From contig JALOKU010000002.1 in assembly GCA_025456345.1 (NCBI GenBank), forward strand, positions 70,024 through 134,023: a stretch of DNA of 64,000 bases. The letters are read 5' to 3'. Positions 1 to 8,948 of this stretch are shown here, piece after piece; the stretch's first letter is position 1, and each line of letters begins with the position of its first letter. Made by a program: the position numbers and the translations under genes. Origin of the DNA: Vicinamibacterales bacterium. Lineage in GTDB: Bacteria > Acidobacteriota > Vicinamibacteria > Vicinamibacterales > JAKQTR01. The notes beneath the pieces were generated by a model. It worked only from the letters and a program-made list of their open reading frames with translations. It ran no database searches and was not told the origin of the DNA.

Positions 1-27
1 GTGTCGTTCGCGGGCATGGCATCCCCC

Positions 28-894
28 TCAGGCCATCGCCGGCAGCGGCTCGGCGGTCACGAAGTTGCGCTGCAGGCCCACTGACGCCGGCGACAGGCCG
101 AAGGCCAGGCCGAGCAGTTGGGTGAAGTAGACGATCGGCAGCGAGACGTCCTCGTTGAACGTGTGGCGCATCTTGCCTTGATACGCCTCGAGGTTGTATT
201 GGCAGAGCGGGCACACCGTGGCGAGGACGTTGGCCGTCCGAGCCTTCGCTTCCTTCAGCAGCAGGAAGTTCAGGCGGACGCCGATCTCCTCCATGGTGCC
301 CGTCAGCGACCCGCCGCAGCAGTGGGCCTTGAGCGGGTAGTCGACGACGTGCGCCCCGACGGCCGCCATCAGGCGGTCGAGCGTCTGCGGCCGGAGCGGA
401 TCGTCGAAGGTGCCGTAGGGCCGGACGACCTGGCACCCGTAGTACGGCGCCACCCGGTAGCCGGCGAGCGGCCTGGTGACTTTCGCCCGGATCGCGTCCA
501 GGCCCACGTCGTTGACGAGGATGTCGAGGGGATGGCGTACGACGGCCCGGCCCTCATACGTCAGGCCCGCCGCCCGAAGGCCCGTGTGCACCTTGGCGGC
601 CAGCGCGGGGTATTCGGCCATCATGTGCTGCGCCTTGGTCAGCACCAGGAAGCACGCGGCGCACGGCGCCACGACCTCCGCGCCGCGTTTTTCCGCGATC
701 GCCAGGTTACGCGCCGCCAGGGCCACGGCCTTGTCCTCGCTGACCGACATGTAGGACGTGGCGCCGCAGCAGTTCCAGTCGGGAATCTCTTCGAGCCCCA
801 GGCCGAGGTGGCCGAACACCGCCCGCAGCGACTCGTCGTACGGCTTGCCGAGCCCGCTGAGGGAACAGCCGGGGTAGTAGGCGTAGGCCGTCAT
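28..894 (-). CDS. hdrB: heterodisulfide reductase subunit B-like Fe-S protein (two CCG domains)
   Basis: 288-aa ORF with two cysteine-rich CCG motifs (DWNCCGATS, KAHCCGGSL). 1-nt gap to the upstream 4Fe-4S ORF, so likely co-transcribed. Confidence 0.8.
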   Translation of the reverse strand: MTAYAYYPGCSLSGLGKPYDESLRAVFGHLGLGLEEIPDWNCCGATSYMSVSEDKAVALAARNLAIAEKRGAEVVAPCAACFLVLTKAQHMMAEYPALAAKVHTGLRAAGLTYEGRAVVRHPLDILVNDVGLDAIRAKVTRPLAGYRVAPYYGCQVVRPYGTFDDPLRPQTLDRLMAAVGAHVVDYPLKAHCCGGSLTGTMEEIGVRLNFLLLKEAKARTANVLATVCPLCQYNLEAYQGKMRHTFNEDVSLPIVYFTQLLGLAFGLSPASVGLQRNFVTAEPLPAMA

Positions 895-895
895 G

Positions 896-1471
896 TCAGG
901 ATTCCTCCATCGCGTCGAGGATCGCCTTGATCTCCTTCGGGTTCTTCGTGTGATCCTGGCCGAGGGCCATGCGGCCGGTTCTCAACAGCTTGATCCCGAT
1001 CGGCGCCATCTTCAGCAGACTGAACGGATTCGTGCGAAACGCGAGCTCGATGAGGAGCCGCGACTCCGAGTTGCGCCCGTGCGTGGCCACCATGTTGTAG
1101 AAGGCCTTCGCCAGCACCGGGATCGGGAACCGCTTCGGGTACATCCCTTTCTCGATCGCGCGGCGCTTGAGCGCGTACATCACCTCGGTGACCTTGATGT
1201 CGCGCGGGCACCGCACCTGGCATTCGTAACAGGACGCGCACAGCCACGGCGTGGCCGACTCCAGCACGTCGCGCTCGAGGCCGGCGCGCGTCAGCGCGAT
1301 GACCCGCCTGGGCGTCAGGTCCATGTGGACCGACATCGGGCACGCGCCACTGCACGTGCCGCACTGGATGCAATCGCGCAGGGCTTCGCCACCGGGCTTG
1401 GCCATGATCTCCGCCGGGAATGCCGGATTCACGTCCTCGGCATACCGGCAGTGCGTCGTCCCGTTTCGCAC
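896..1471 (-). CDS. hdrC: heterodisulfide reductase subunit C-like 4Fe-4S protein
   Basis: 191-aa ORF with two ferredoxin-type cluster motifs (CIQCGTCSGACP, CASCYECQVRCP), directly upstream of the CCG-domain ORF. Confidence 0.8.
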   Translation of the reverse strand: MRNGTTHCRYAEDVNPAFPAEIMAKPGGEALRDCIQCGTCSGACPMSVHMDLTPRRVIALTRAGLERDVLESATPWLCASCYECQVRCPRDIKVTEVMYALKRRAIEKGMYPKRFPIPVLAKAFYNMVATHGRNSESRLLIELAFRTNPFSLLKMAPIGIKLLRTGRMALGQDHTKNPKEIKAILDAMEES

Positions 1472-1740
1472 GGCGGACCTCCTGAGCTGAGCAGGCGTGC
1501 TCGGTGCTGCGCGGGGGCGGCGATCAGGGCGCGCTGTATGCTCCGCGAAGGCGCGTATCGGAGATATGCAGCGCGCGGGGGCACACGAGTGGGGGGGCGT
1601 ACGGGGGCTTTCAGGGAGAGCCTACGAGCGGCATGCGGGGAAGTCAAGGGCCGGTTCCTGGCCTACTCCGATGGCTCCGATCGGGGTTCCTCTCGCTGGA
1701 TGGCACCGGCAGTCGAAGCGGGCCGGTCCGCAGAAGTCGC

Positions 1741-1769
1741 TTGACGGAATCCTAGCCTGGGAGTAGGAA
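1741..1769 (+). promoter_or_regulatory. candidate sigma70-type promoter of the Rrf2 gene with embedded inverted repeat
   Basis: TTGACG (1741-1746), 17-nt spacer, TAGGAA (1764-1769). Inverted repeat TCCTA (1750-1754) / TAGGA (1764-1768). GGAGG at 1777-1781 and GTG start at 1787. Confidence 0.4.
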
Positions 1770-1786
1770 TTGAGACGGAGGATCTC

Positions 1787-2308
1787 GTGCGACTGAACAC
1801 CCGCGGCCGGTACGGACTGCAGTTGCTCTCGCAACTGGCCTGTCATCTCGACGAGACCAAGCCGGTCGGCCTGAAGGACATCGCCAAGTCGACCGGCCTG
1901 CCGTGGCGCTACCTTGAGCAGATCGCAGGGCCGCTTCGGAAGGCGTCGCTCATTGTGGGGCGCCCCGGTCGCGCCGGCGGATACAGGCTCGTGAGACCTC
2001 CATCGCGCATCACGCTCCGGGAGGTCATGGAAGTCACGTCGGGCCCGGTGCGGCTCATGGAGTGCGTCGACAAGCCGGAGACGTGCGAGAAGAGCAACAA
2101 GTGCACGTCGCGGGCGATGTGGGTGACCCTGACCGGGGAGCTGCGAGGCGTGCTGGACCGCTACACGCTCGACGACCTGGCGCAGCGGCCGTGCGCGGGC
2201 TGCCGCGCCACCGCATCGCGTGCCAAGAGCCTGCGCACCACCGTCAAACAGCCGTCGCGCGGCCGCGGCGCCTCGAAGCGGTGGAAGTACATGCGCTCGC
2301 TGGAGTAG
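1787..2308 (+). CDS. Rrf2 family transcriptional regulator
   Basis: 173-aa ORF. The N-terminus MRLNTRGRYGLQLL...DIAKSTGLPWRYLEQI is typical of the Rrf2/IscR winged-helix family. Cys residues in the C-terminal half (CVDKPETCEKSNKC) suggest a cluster ligand set. GTG start with SD. Confidence 0.85.
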   Translation: MRLNTRGRYGLQLLSQLACHLDETKPVGLKDIAKSTGLPWRYLEQIAGPLRKASLIVGRPGRAGGYRLVRPPSRITLREVMEVTSGPVRLMECVDKPETCEKSNKCTSRAMWVTLTGELRGVLDRYTLDDLAQRPCAGCRATASRAKSLRTTVKQPSRGRGASKRWKYMRSLE

Positions 2309-2353
2309 GCCCGCCGGCTCACCCGACTGTCGGGCGGCGCGCGCCTTGCGCCG

Positions 2354-3001
2354 TCAAACGCTGGCGGCCTCCTCGATCCCCAGCGCGTCCAGCACGCGCC
2401 GCTTCACGTCCGCGACGGCGCCCTCGCCGTTCACGCGGCGCAGCAGACGCCGGGCCTCGTAATACGGCACGATCGGCGCCGTCTTCTCGCTGTACTCTTC
2501 GAGCCGCCGCCGCAGCACCGCTTCGGTGTCGTCGGCGCGGTGCACCAGCCTGTGCATGATCTCGATCGGCGGCGGGTCGAACGTCAGGTGAAAGACGCGG
2601 CCCGTCGCGGGATCGGTGCGTCGCCCGGTGATGCGCTCGAGAACCAGCGCGTCGGCCACCTCGAACGAGATGACACAGTCGATGTGGCGGCCGTGCCTGG
2701 CGAGCGCGGCGTCGAGCCACCCGGCTTGCGCCACGGTCCTGGGGTACCCGTCGAGCAGGAAGCCCGCCGCGCAATCGCACTGGGCCAGGCGGCCGTCAAC
2801 CAGCCGGTTGACGAGATCGTCGGGGACCAGATCGCCCGCGTCGGCGTACGATTTGAACTCGAGCCCCAGCGCGGTCTGTTCGCGGATCGCCGAGCGGATG
2901 ATGTCGCCGGTCGAAATCTGCGGCACGCCCAAGGCGCGGCAGATGTGCTGCGCCTGCGTGCCCTTGCCTGAGCCCGGCGCACCGAGCAGGATGACGTTCA
3001 T
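2354..3001 (-). CDS. adk: adenylate kinase
   Basis: MNVILLGAPGSGKGTQ P-loop start at the ATG at 3001; full-length Adk-like sequence (215 aa). The longer ORF to 3055 adds a non-conserved Arg/Pro leader. Confidence 0.95.
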   Translation of the reverse strand: MNVILLGAPGSGKGTQAQHICRALGVPQISTGDIIRSAIREQTALGLEFKSYADAGDLVPDDLVNRLVDGRLAQCDCAAGFLLDGYPRTVAQAGWLDAALARHGRHIDCVISFEVADALVLERITGRRTDPATGRVFHLTFDPPPIEIMHRLVHRADDTEAVLRRRLEEYSEKTAPIVPYYEARRLLRRVNGEGAVADVKRRVLDALGIEEAASV

Positions 3002-3108
3002 GGAAGTCCTCGAGGGCCGTTTGGAGGGCCGGCTGCCGGCACGAGGGGGCACCACGATCGTAGTTCAGGGGGAATGGGGGAGACAAGGGACTGGGGCTAT
3101 GACGCGTG

Positions 3109-3210
3109 TCAGAAGCAAGAAGCCAGAAGGGCCCACTGTCGATTGTCAGAATCCGGAAGGCGATGTCAGCCGAACCGACCGCTCTTCTTGCTTCTGGCTC
3201 CTGGCTTCTC
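3109..3210 (-). repeat. heptamer-array inverted-repeat element, AGAAGCA flavour (reverse orientation)
   Basis: 3109-3152 is the reverse complement of the conserved module seen at 15351-15404, 58876-58929 and 60124-60178. 3183-3210 holds 4 units of TGCTTCT-type heptamers (tcttctt gcttctg gctcctg gcttctc). Lies between the HAD stop and the adk start. Confidence 0.85.
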
Positions 3211-3216
3211 GTCCGC

Positions 3217-4209
3217 TTACCTGTCGCCGCGGATAACCCCGAGCACTTCCTCGAACGACTCGCAGTAGTACTGGCAGAGCGGCCGCGTCCCGCTTTCGGG
3301 GATATTGCCGCCCGCCATGCCAATCGCGGCGAATCCCGCGAGCCGGACGGCGCACACCCCGGCGCCGCTGTCCTCGAGGCCGATCACGTGGTGACGGTCT
3401 TCGAAGGGGATGCCGAGGCCCACCCGGCAGACCTCCGCATAGAGCCACGGGTGCGGTTTCGGCGACAACTCGCCCAGCGTGCCTGGCTCGCCGGCGCGCA
3501 TCGGAAACCCCGCCGTCACGATCGCGTCGTAAAACGCCCGCGGGTCGCCCAGGCCCATGGTCCTGAACGCCGCCACCAGTTCCGGCCACGCCTTCTCGTA
3601 CAGACCGGAGGTCACCACGCCGACGCGGATGCCGTCCTGCTTCAGCGCCAGCAGGAACTCCCTGACGCCCGGGGCGGGCACGAAGGCATCCGCGCGGCCG
3701 CGGCCCGCGAGGATCTCCGCCATCTCGCGGCGCGCGTGTTCGAAGTAGAACGGCCGGGCTTCCTCGACGGTGCGGCCGGGACAGTACTTCCCGATGCAGT
3801 ACTGAAGGTGCTCCGACACGCTGAAGCCGGAGACGTACGGCAGGTCGCTCGCGTCGAGGGTGAACGACGGATCGCCGAGGAGGCTGCCCATCGTCTGCTC
3901 GATCATCCAGACCCAGAACGGCTCGCTTCGCACCGTGGTGCCGTCGAGGTCCATCAAGACGGCGCGCACGGGGCGTTCGATGGCGACCGGGTGGACGGGG
4001 TAGTAGGCTGGATAGCCGAGGGAAGAATTCACGAACGCCAGCGTGCGGTCGTCGAAGACCACGAACTCGACCCGCCGGTCCGCGGGCGTGAGCACGTGGC
4101 GCACGCCGTCGCGGCCCACGCGGAAGCGCCCGTCGCTGCACGCGTCGAGCGGCAGGAGGCCGGCCGTGCTCCGGATCACGCCGAGTCCGGGGAGGATGAG
4201 GTCCATCAT
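3217..4209 (-). CDS. HAD-superfamily hydrolase with about 85-aa N-terminal extension
   Basis: 330-aa ORF with the HAD motif I VLMDLDGTTV, later VVTSG and a GLEDSGAG-type motif. ATGA overlap with the lutC stop (4206-4209). Confidence 0.75.
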   Translation of the reverse strand: MMDLILPGLGVIRSTAGLLPLDACSDGRFRVGRDGVRHVLTPADRRVEFVVFDDRTLAFVNSSLGYPAYYPVHPVAIERPVRAVLMDLDGTTVRSEPFWVWMIEQTMGSLLGDPSFTLDASDLPYVSGFSVSEHLQYCIGKYCPGRTVEEARPFYFEHARREMAEILAGRGRADAFVPAPGVREFLLALKQDGIRVGVVTSGLYEKAWPELVAAFRTMGLGDPRAFYDAIVTAGFPMRAGEPGTLGELSPKPHPWLYAEVCRVGLGIPFEDRHHVIGLEDSGAGVCAVRLAGFAAIGMAGGNIPESGTRPLCQYYCESFEEVLGVIRGDR

Positions 4210-4892
4210 GCGGTGAAAATCACGTGCACGTGCTTCGGCCCGTGCACGCCGTGCGTCAGCGTCATCTCGATGTCCGCGGTGCGGCTGGGTCCCGCCACGA
4301 TCACCACGTTGCTGCCCGCATCGAGCAGGCGAGGCTCCTCGCGAAGAAGCGCCTCCAGCGAGGGCCGAAGTCGGCGCTGGTCGACGACGGCCACGTGCAC
4401 CGGCGGCAGCACCGACGCCAGCCGCCCGCGGCCCGGCCCGCCGACGAGAACCAGGCCGCCGTTGTCGGCGAGCGCGGCATGCGCGCCGGTCAGACCCAAC
4501 CCGACGCCGGCCAGCGCGTGCACGTCAGCGGCGCGCCGTTCCGGCTCGCCGCTGACATCATACGTGACGCGCTCCAGCCCGTGCGCCGCCAGCGCCGCCA
4601 GCAGGCCCGGGCAGCCGATGTGCGCGTCGTCCCAGCTGATGAACGACGCGGTTTGATGCGCGCCCGCGATCCCGGCGATGACGCGGGCCACGCCCTCGGT
4701 GCCGGCGGCGTGGTGCACGTGACCCGACAACGCCGTGAGCGCGGCAGAGAAGCGGTCGGCCATCTCACGCACCGAGGGCGGAGCCGGCGAGTCAGGCCGG
4801 CGCCTGGCCGCGCCGTTCGGCTCCGCGGGCAGACACGCCTTCAGCAGCCCGTCGCGAATCGAGCTCAGGATGCGCTCGCGGGGCGACGTCAT
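4206..4892 (-). CDS. lutC: lactate utilization protein C (LutC/YkgG family)
   Basis: 228 aa from the ATG at 4892 (MTSPRERILSSIRD...), with a LUD-domain-like C-terminus. The start overlaps the lutB stop (ATGA at 4889-4892). The upstream part of the 493-aa ORF is an Arg/Pro-rich shadow of lutB. Confidence 0.85.
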   Translation of the reverse strand: MTSPRERILSSIRDGLLKACLPAEPNGAARRRPDSPAPPSVREMADRFSAALTALSGHVHHAAGTEGVARVIAGIAGAHQTASFISWDDAHIGCPGLLAALAAHGLERVTYDVSGEPERRAADVHALAGVGLGLTGAHAALADNGGLVLVGGPGRGRLASVLPPVHVAVVDQRRLRPSLEALLREEPRLLDAGSNVVIVAGPSRTADIEMTLTHGVHGPKHVHVIFTA

Positions 4893-6334
4893 CGCGCGGC
4901 CGCCTTTCGCGCCTGGTGTTCCTCGACGAACGACCGCGCCGCCGGGGCGGGGAAATCGCGGGACGCGGTCCAGGCGCCGAGCGGACCGGGCAGGCGCCGA
5001 ATCCATCCGTCCTGCTGCAGGAGGCGCGCCAGCCGCGCGGCCGCGCGGCCGGCCCAACGATAGAGGCGAGGCCGCGTCGCCACCGCCGAGTAGGCGGGCA
5101 TGGCGGCCCGAATCCAGAGCGGGGCCAGCTGCCTGGACGCGGCTTCCCGCCGGACCTCGAGCAGCAGATGCGGCAAGTCGATCTTCACCGGGCACACATC
5201 CCGGCAGGCGCCGCACAGGCTGCTCGCATGCGCGAGTTCCGACCAGTCCTCGAGCCCGTGCAACCCCGGCATCACGACCGACCCGACCGGCCCCGGATAC
5301 ACGCCGCCGTACGCGTGCCCGCCGATGAGGCGGTAGACCGGGCACGCGTTCAGGCAGGCGCCGCATCGCACGCAGTACAGAATCTCCGCCAGCGGTGTGC
5401 CCAGGACCCGGCTCCGTCCGTTGTCCAGGATGACGATGTGCAGTTCCTCCGGCCCGTCGGGCTCGCCGGCTGGCCCGGCACCAGGCCCGCCATGGTGCCG
5501 GCGCGGCCCCGTCATCACATTCGTGTAGACCGACGACGCCTGGCCGGTGGCACTCCGGGCCAGCACAGTCAACACCGCCGCCAGGTCCGCCGCGCCCGGC
5601 ACGATGCGTTCCAGGCCCAGCAGCGCCACGTGGACGCGCGGAAGCGTGGAAGTCAGCCTGCCGTTCCCCTCGTTGGTGACGATGCAAAGGCTGCCGGTGT
5701 CGGCGACGGCGAGATTGACGCCGCTGATGCCCATGCCCGCCTGCAGGAACTCGGCCCGCAGGAGGCGCCGCGCCAGGGCCGTCATCGACGGGATGTCCGC
5801 CACGTCCGCCGCGGTGGCGCCGAGCTTCTCCTGGAAGAGCGTGGCGACGTCCTGCCGGCTGAGGTGCACGATGGGCGCGATGATGTGCGACGGCCGATCG
5901 GCCGCGAGCTGCACGACGAACTCGCCCAGATCGGTCTCGACCACGCGGACGCCCGCCTGCTCGAGCGCCTCGTTGAGTTCGACCTCCTCGGTCGCCATCG
6001 ATTTCGACTTCACGGCGAGCCGGATGTTGCGCTCGCGCGCGATGCCGGTGATGATGCGCCGCGCGTCGGCGGCGGTTTCCGCCCAGTGGACCGTGCAGCC
6101 TCGCGCGGAGGCCTCACGGGCGAACTGGTCGAGCAGCGAGTCCAGGCGGGCGATGGCGCCGGCGCGGGCGCGCCTCGCGTCGTCGCGGCAGGCGTCGGCG
6201 TCGGTCAGCGCGTCGAACGCCGCCGCGCGCCCTCCGGCCAGGCGGCCCGCCGTGAGCGCGAGCGCCCGGCGCAGGCCCGCGTCGGCGAGCGCCGCGTCGA
6301 TCCGGCGATGGAAGGCGAGCGCCGCCTCAGTCAT
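4889..6334 (-). CDS. lutB: lactate utilization iron-sulfur protein B (LutB/YkgF family)
   Basis: 481 aa with a LUD domain and two 4Fe-4S motifs (CVRCGACLNACP, CGACRDVCP). Overlaps lutA by 8 nt. Confidence 0.9.
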   Translation of the reverse strand: MTEAALAFHRRIDAALADAGLRRALALTAGRLAGGRAAAFDALTDADACRDDARRARAGAIARLDSLLDQFAREASARGCTVHWAETAADARRIITGIARERNIRLAVKSKSMATEEVELNEALEQAGVRVVETDLGEFVVQLAADRPSHIIAPIVHLSRQDVATLFQEKLGATAADVADIPSMTALARRLLRAEFLQAGMGISGVNLAVADTGSLCIVTNEGNGRLTSTLPRVHVALLGLERIVPGAADLAAVLTVLARSATGQASSVYTNVMTGPRRHHGGPGAGPAGEPDGPEELHIVILDNGRSRVLGTPLAEILYCVRCGACLNACPVYRLIGGHAYGGVYPGPVGSVVMPGLHGLEDWSELAHASSLCGACRDVCPVKIDLPHLLLEVRREAASRQLAPLWIRAAMPAYSAVATRPRLYRWAGRAAARLARLLQQDGWIRRLPGPLGAWTASRDFPAPAARSFVEEHQARKAAAR

Positions 6335-7073
6335 GGCCCGGGTCCGCCAGAACTTCGGCGATGTGCCGCGCCCGGACCCGGCTGCCTCGCCGGTGCAGGC
6401 CGCCGCCGATGTGCATCAGGCAGCTGACGTCGGTGGCAACGACGACGTCGGCGCCGCTTCGCTCGATGGCGTCGAGTTTCGAGTCCAGCATCGCCGACGA
6501 GATGGGGCCCATCTTGACCGCGAACAGGCCGCCAAACCCGCAGCATGTCTCGGCGTCCGGGAGATCGGCCGAGCGCTCGCCGGCAACCGCGTGCAGCAGG
6601 CGGCGCGGCTGCTCGCGCAGGCCGAGACCGCGCAGGCCGTGGCAGGACGCGTGGTACGCCAGCGTTGGCCCGGAGGGCGCGGCGGCCGGATCGACGCCGA
6701 GCACGTCGACGAGGAACTGGCTGAACTCGTACGTCCTCGCGGCAAGCGCCTTGGCCTTCGGCCCGTACGCGGCGTCACCGGCGAGCAGTCCGGGATAGTG
6801 GTTGACGATCATGTCGGCGCACGATCCCGACGGCACCACGACCGGGTCGACCGAGTGCGAGAGGACATCGATGGTGGTGCGGGCCATGGCCGCCGCGTCG
6901 GCGGCGAATCCCCCGTTGAACGCCGGCTGCCCGCAGCAGGTCTGGTCGGACGGCACGTGCACCTCGACGCCGTACCGTTCGAGCACCTCGACGGCGGCGT
7001 GTCCGGCGGCGGGAAAGAACCGGTCAACCAGGCACGTCACGAAGAGCTGGACGCGAGTGGGCCGCGGCGTCAT
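6327..7073 (-). CDS. lutA: (Fe-S)-binding CCG-domain protein LutA/YkgE family
   Basis: 248 aa with VQLFVTCLVD and two CCG motifs (DQTCCGQPAFNGG, ETCCGFGG). Confidence 0.9.
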   Translation of the reverse strand: MTPRPTRVQLFVTCLVDRFFPAAGHAAVEVLERYGVEVHVPSDQTCCGQPAFNGGFAADAAAMARTTIDVLSHSVDPVVVPSGSCADMIVNHYPGLLAGDAAYGPKAKALAARTYEFSQFLVDVLGVDPAAAPSGPTLAYHASCHGLRGLGLREQPRRLLHAVAGERSADLPDAETCCGFGGLFAVKMGPISSAMLDSKLDAIERSGADVVVATDVSCLMHIGGGLHRRGSRVRARHIAEVLADPGHD

Positions 7074-7083
7074 CAGAGGCCTG

Positions 7084-8151
7084 TCACTTCGCGCGGAGGT
7101 ACTGGTTCGGCCACGCGGCGTCCTGGCCCAGCGCGCGGGCGGCCCGCAGCGGCCAGTACGGGTCGCGCAGCATTTCGCGTCCGAGCAGGATCAGGTCGGC
7201 CTGCTCGTTCCGGATGATCTGATCCGCCTGGGCCGGCGACGTGATGACGCCCACGGCCGCGGTGAGCATGGGCGTGGTGTCCTTGATTCGCTGCGAAAAC
7301 GGGACCTGGTAGCCCGGGCCCGACGGGATGGCGATGCCGGGGGCGATGCCCCCTGACGAGCAGTCGACCAGATCGACGCCCACGCTTGACAGGTGATGGG
7401 CCAGCGCCACCGTGTCCTCGGCCCGCCACCCTCCCTCGGCCCAGTCGGTCGACGACACGCGCACGAACAGCGGAAGGTCGGCCGGCCAGACGTCTCGCAC
7501 CGCCTTGCAGACCTGCTTGAGCAGGCGGGTGCGGTTGTCGTAGGACCCGCCGAACTCGTCGGTGCGGTGGTTCGTGAGCGGTGACAGAAACTCGTGGATG
7601 AGGTACCCGTGGGCGGCGTGGATCTCGACGACCTGGAACCCGGCCGCACCCGCCCGCGCCGCAGCCTGCCTGAACGACGCGATCACGTCGAGGATGCCGT
7701 CTCGGTCGAGTGCGTCGGGCACCGGCGAGTTGGCGTCGAACGCGTCCGCCGACGGCGCCACCGGCTGCCAGCCCCCGAGCCCTGACGGCACCGCCCGTCC
7801 GCCTTCCCACGGGGGCGAGGTGCTCGCCTTGCGGCCCGCGTGCGCGAGCTGGATCCCGGCGACCGCGCCGTGGGCACGGATGAACGAGGCCACGCGCTGG
7901 AGGCCGGGCACCTGCCGGTCGTCCCAGATGCCGAGATCCGACGGGCTGATGCGGCCCCTCGGGTCGACCGCCGCCGCCTCGGTGAGCACGAGTCCGGCGC
8001 CGCCCACGGCCCGGCTGCCCAGGTGCACCAGGTGCCAGTCGTTTGCGAGACCCTCGGTGCTCGAGTACTGGCACATCGGCGACACGCCGATCCTGTTGCG
8101 GAACGAGACGGCGCGGATGCCGAGCGGCGCGAAGAGATGCGGAAGGGACAC
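7084..8151 (-). CDS. NADH:flavin oxidoreductase, Old Yellow Enzyme family (YqjM/NamA-like)
   Basis: GTG start at 8151 preceded by AGGAGA. Has the SPMCQYSS motif, TIM-barrel OYE-like sequence and HAAHGYLIHEFLSP. The 5' part of the 579-aa ORF is antisense shadow of the ABC gene. Confidence 0.85.
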   Translation of the reverse strand: MSLPHLFAPLGIRAVSFRNRIGVSPMCQYSSTEGLANDWHLVHLGSRAVGGAGLVLTEAAAVDPRGRISPSDLGIWDDRQVPGLQRVASFIRAHGAVAGIQLAHAGRKASTSPPWEGGRAVPSGLGGWQPVAPSADAFDANSPVPDALDRDGILDVIASFRQAAARAGAAGFQVVEIHAAHGYLIHEFLSPLTNHRTDEFGGSYDNRTRLLKQVCKAVRDVWPADLPLFVRVSSTDWAEGGWRAEDTVALAHHLSSVGVDLVDCSSGGIAPGIAIPSGPGYQVPFSQRIKDTTPMLTAAVGVITSPAQADQIIRNEQADLILLGREMLRDPYWPLRAARALGQDAAWPNQYLRAK

Positions 8152-8196
8152 GAGGCTGTCTCCTGCTTTGGTAGGATAGCCTAACCTGAGGTACCG

Positions 8197-8937
<741 letters not shown>

Positions 8938-8948
8938 GGAGCACGGCC

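Noticed and set aside
1-27. Possible start of a further minus-strand gene (ATG at 22-20, 5 nt after the hdrB-like stop) running off the left edge.
   Set aside because: Only 7 codons are visible, which is too short to support a call.
3060-3108. G-rich stretch GGGGGAATGGGGGAGACAAGGGACTGGGGCT next to the 3109 element, as another heptamer array.
   Set aside because: The 7-nt phasing is only approximate and no unit is repeated exactly. It may be a decayed arm, but it is not supportable alone.
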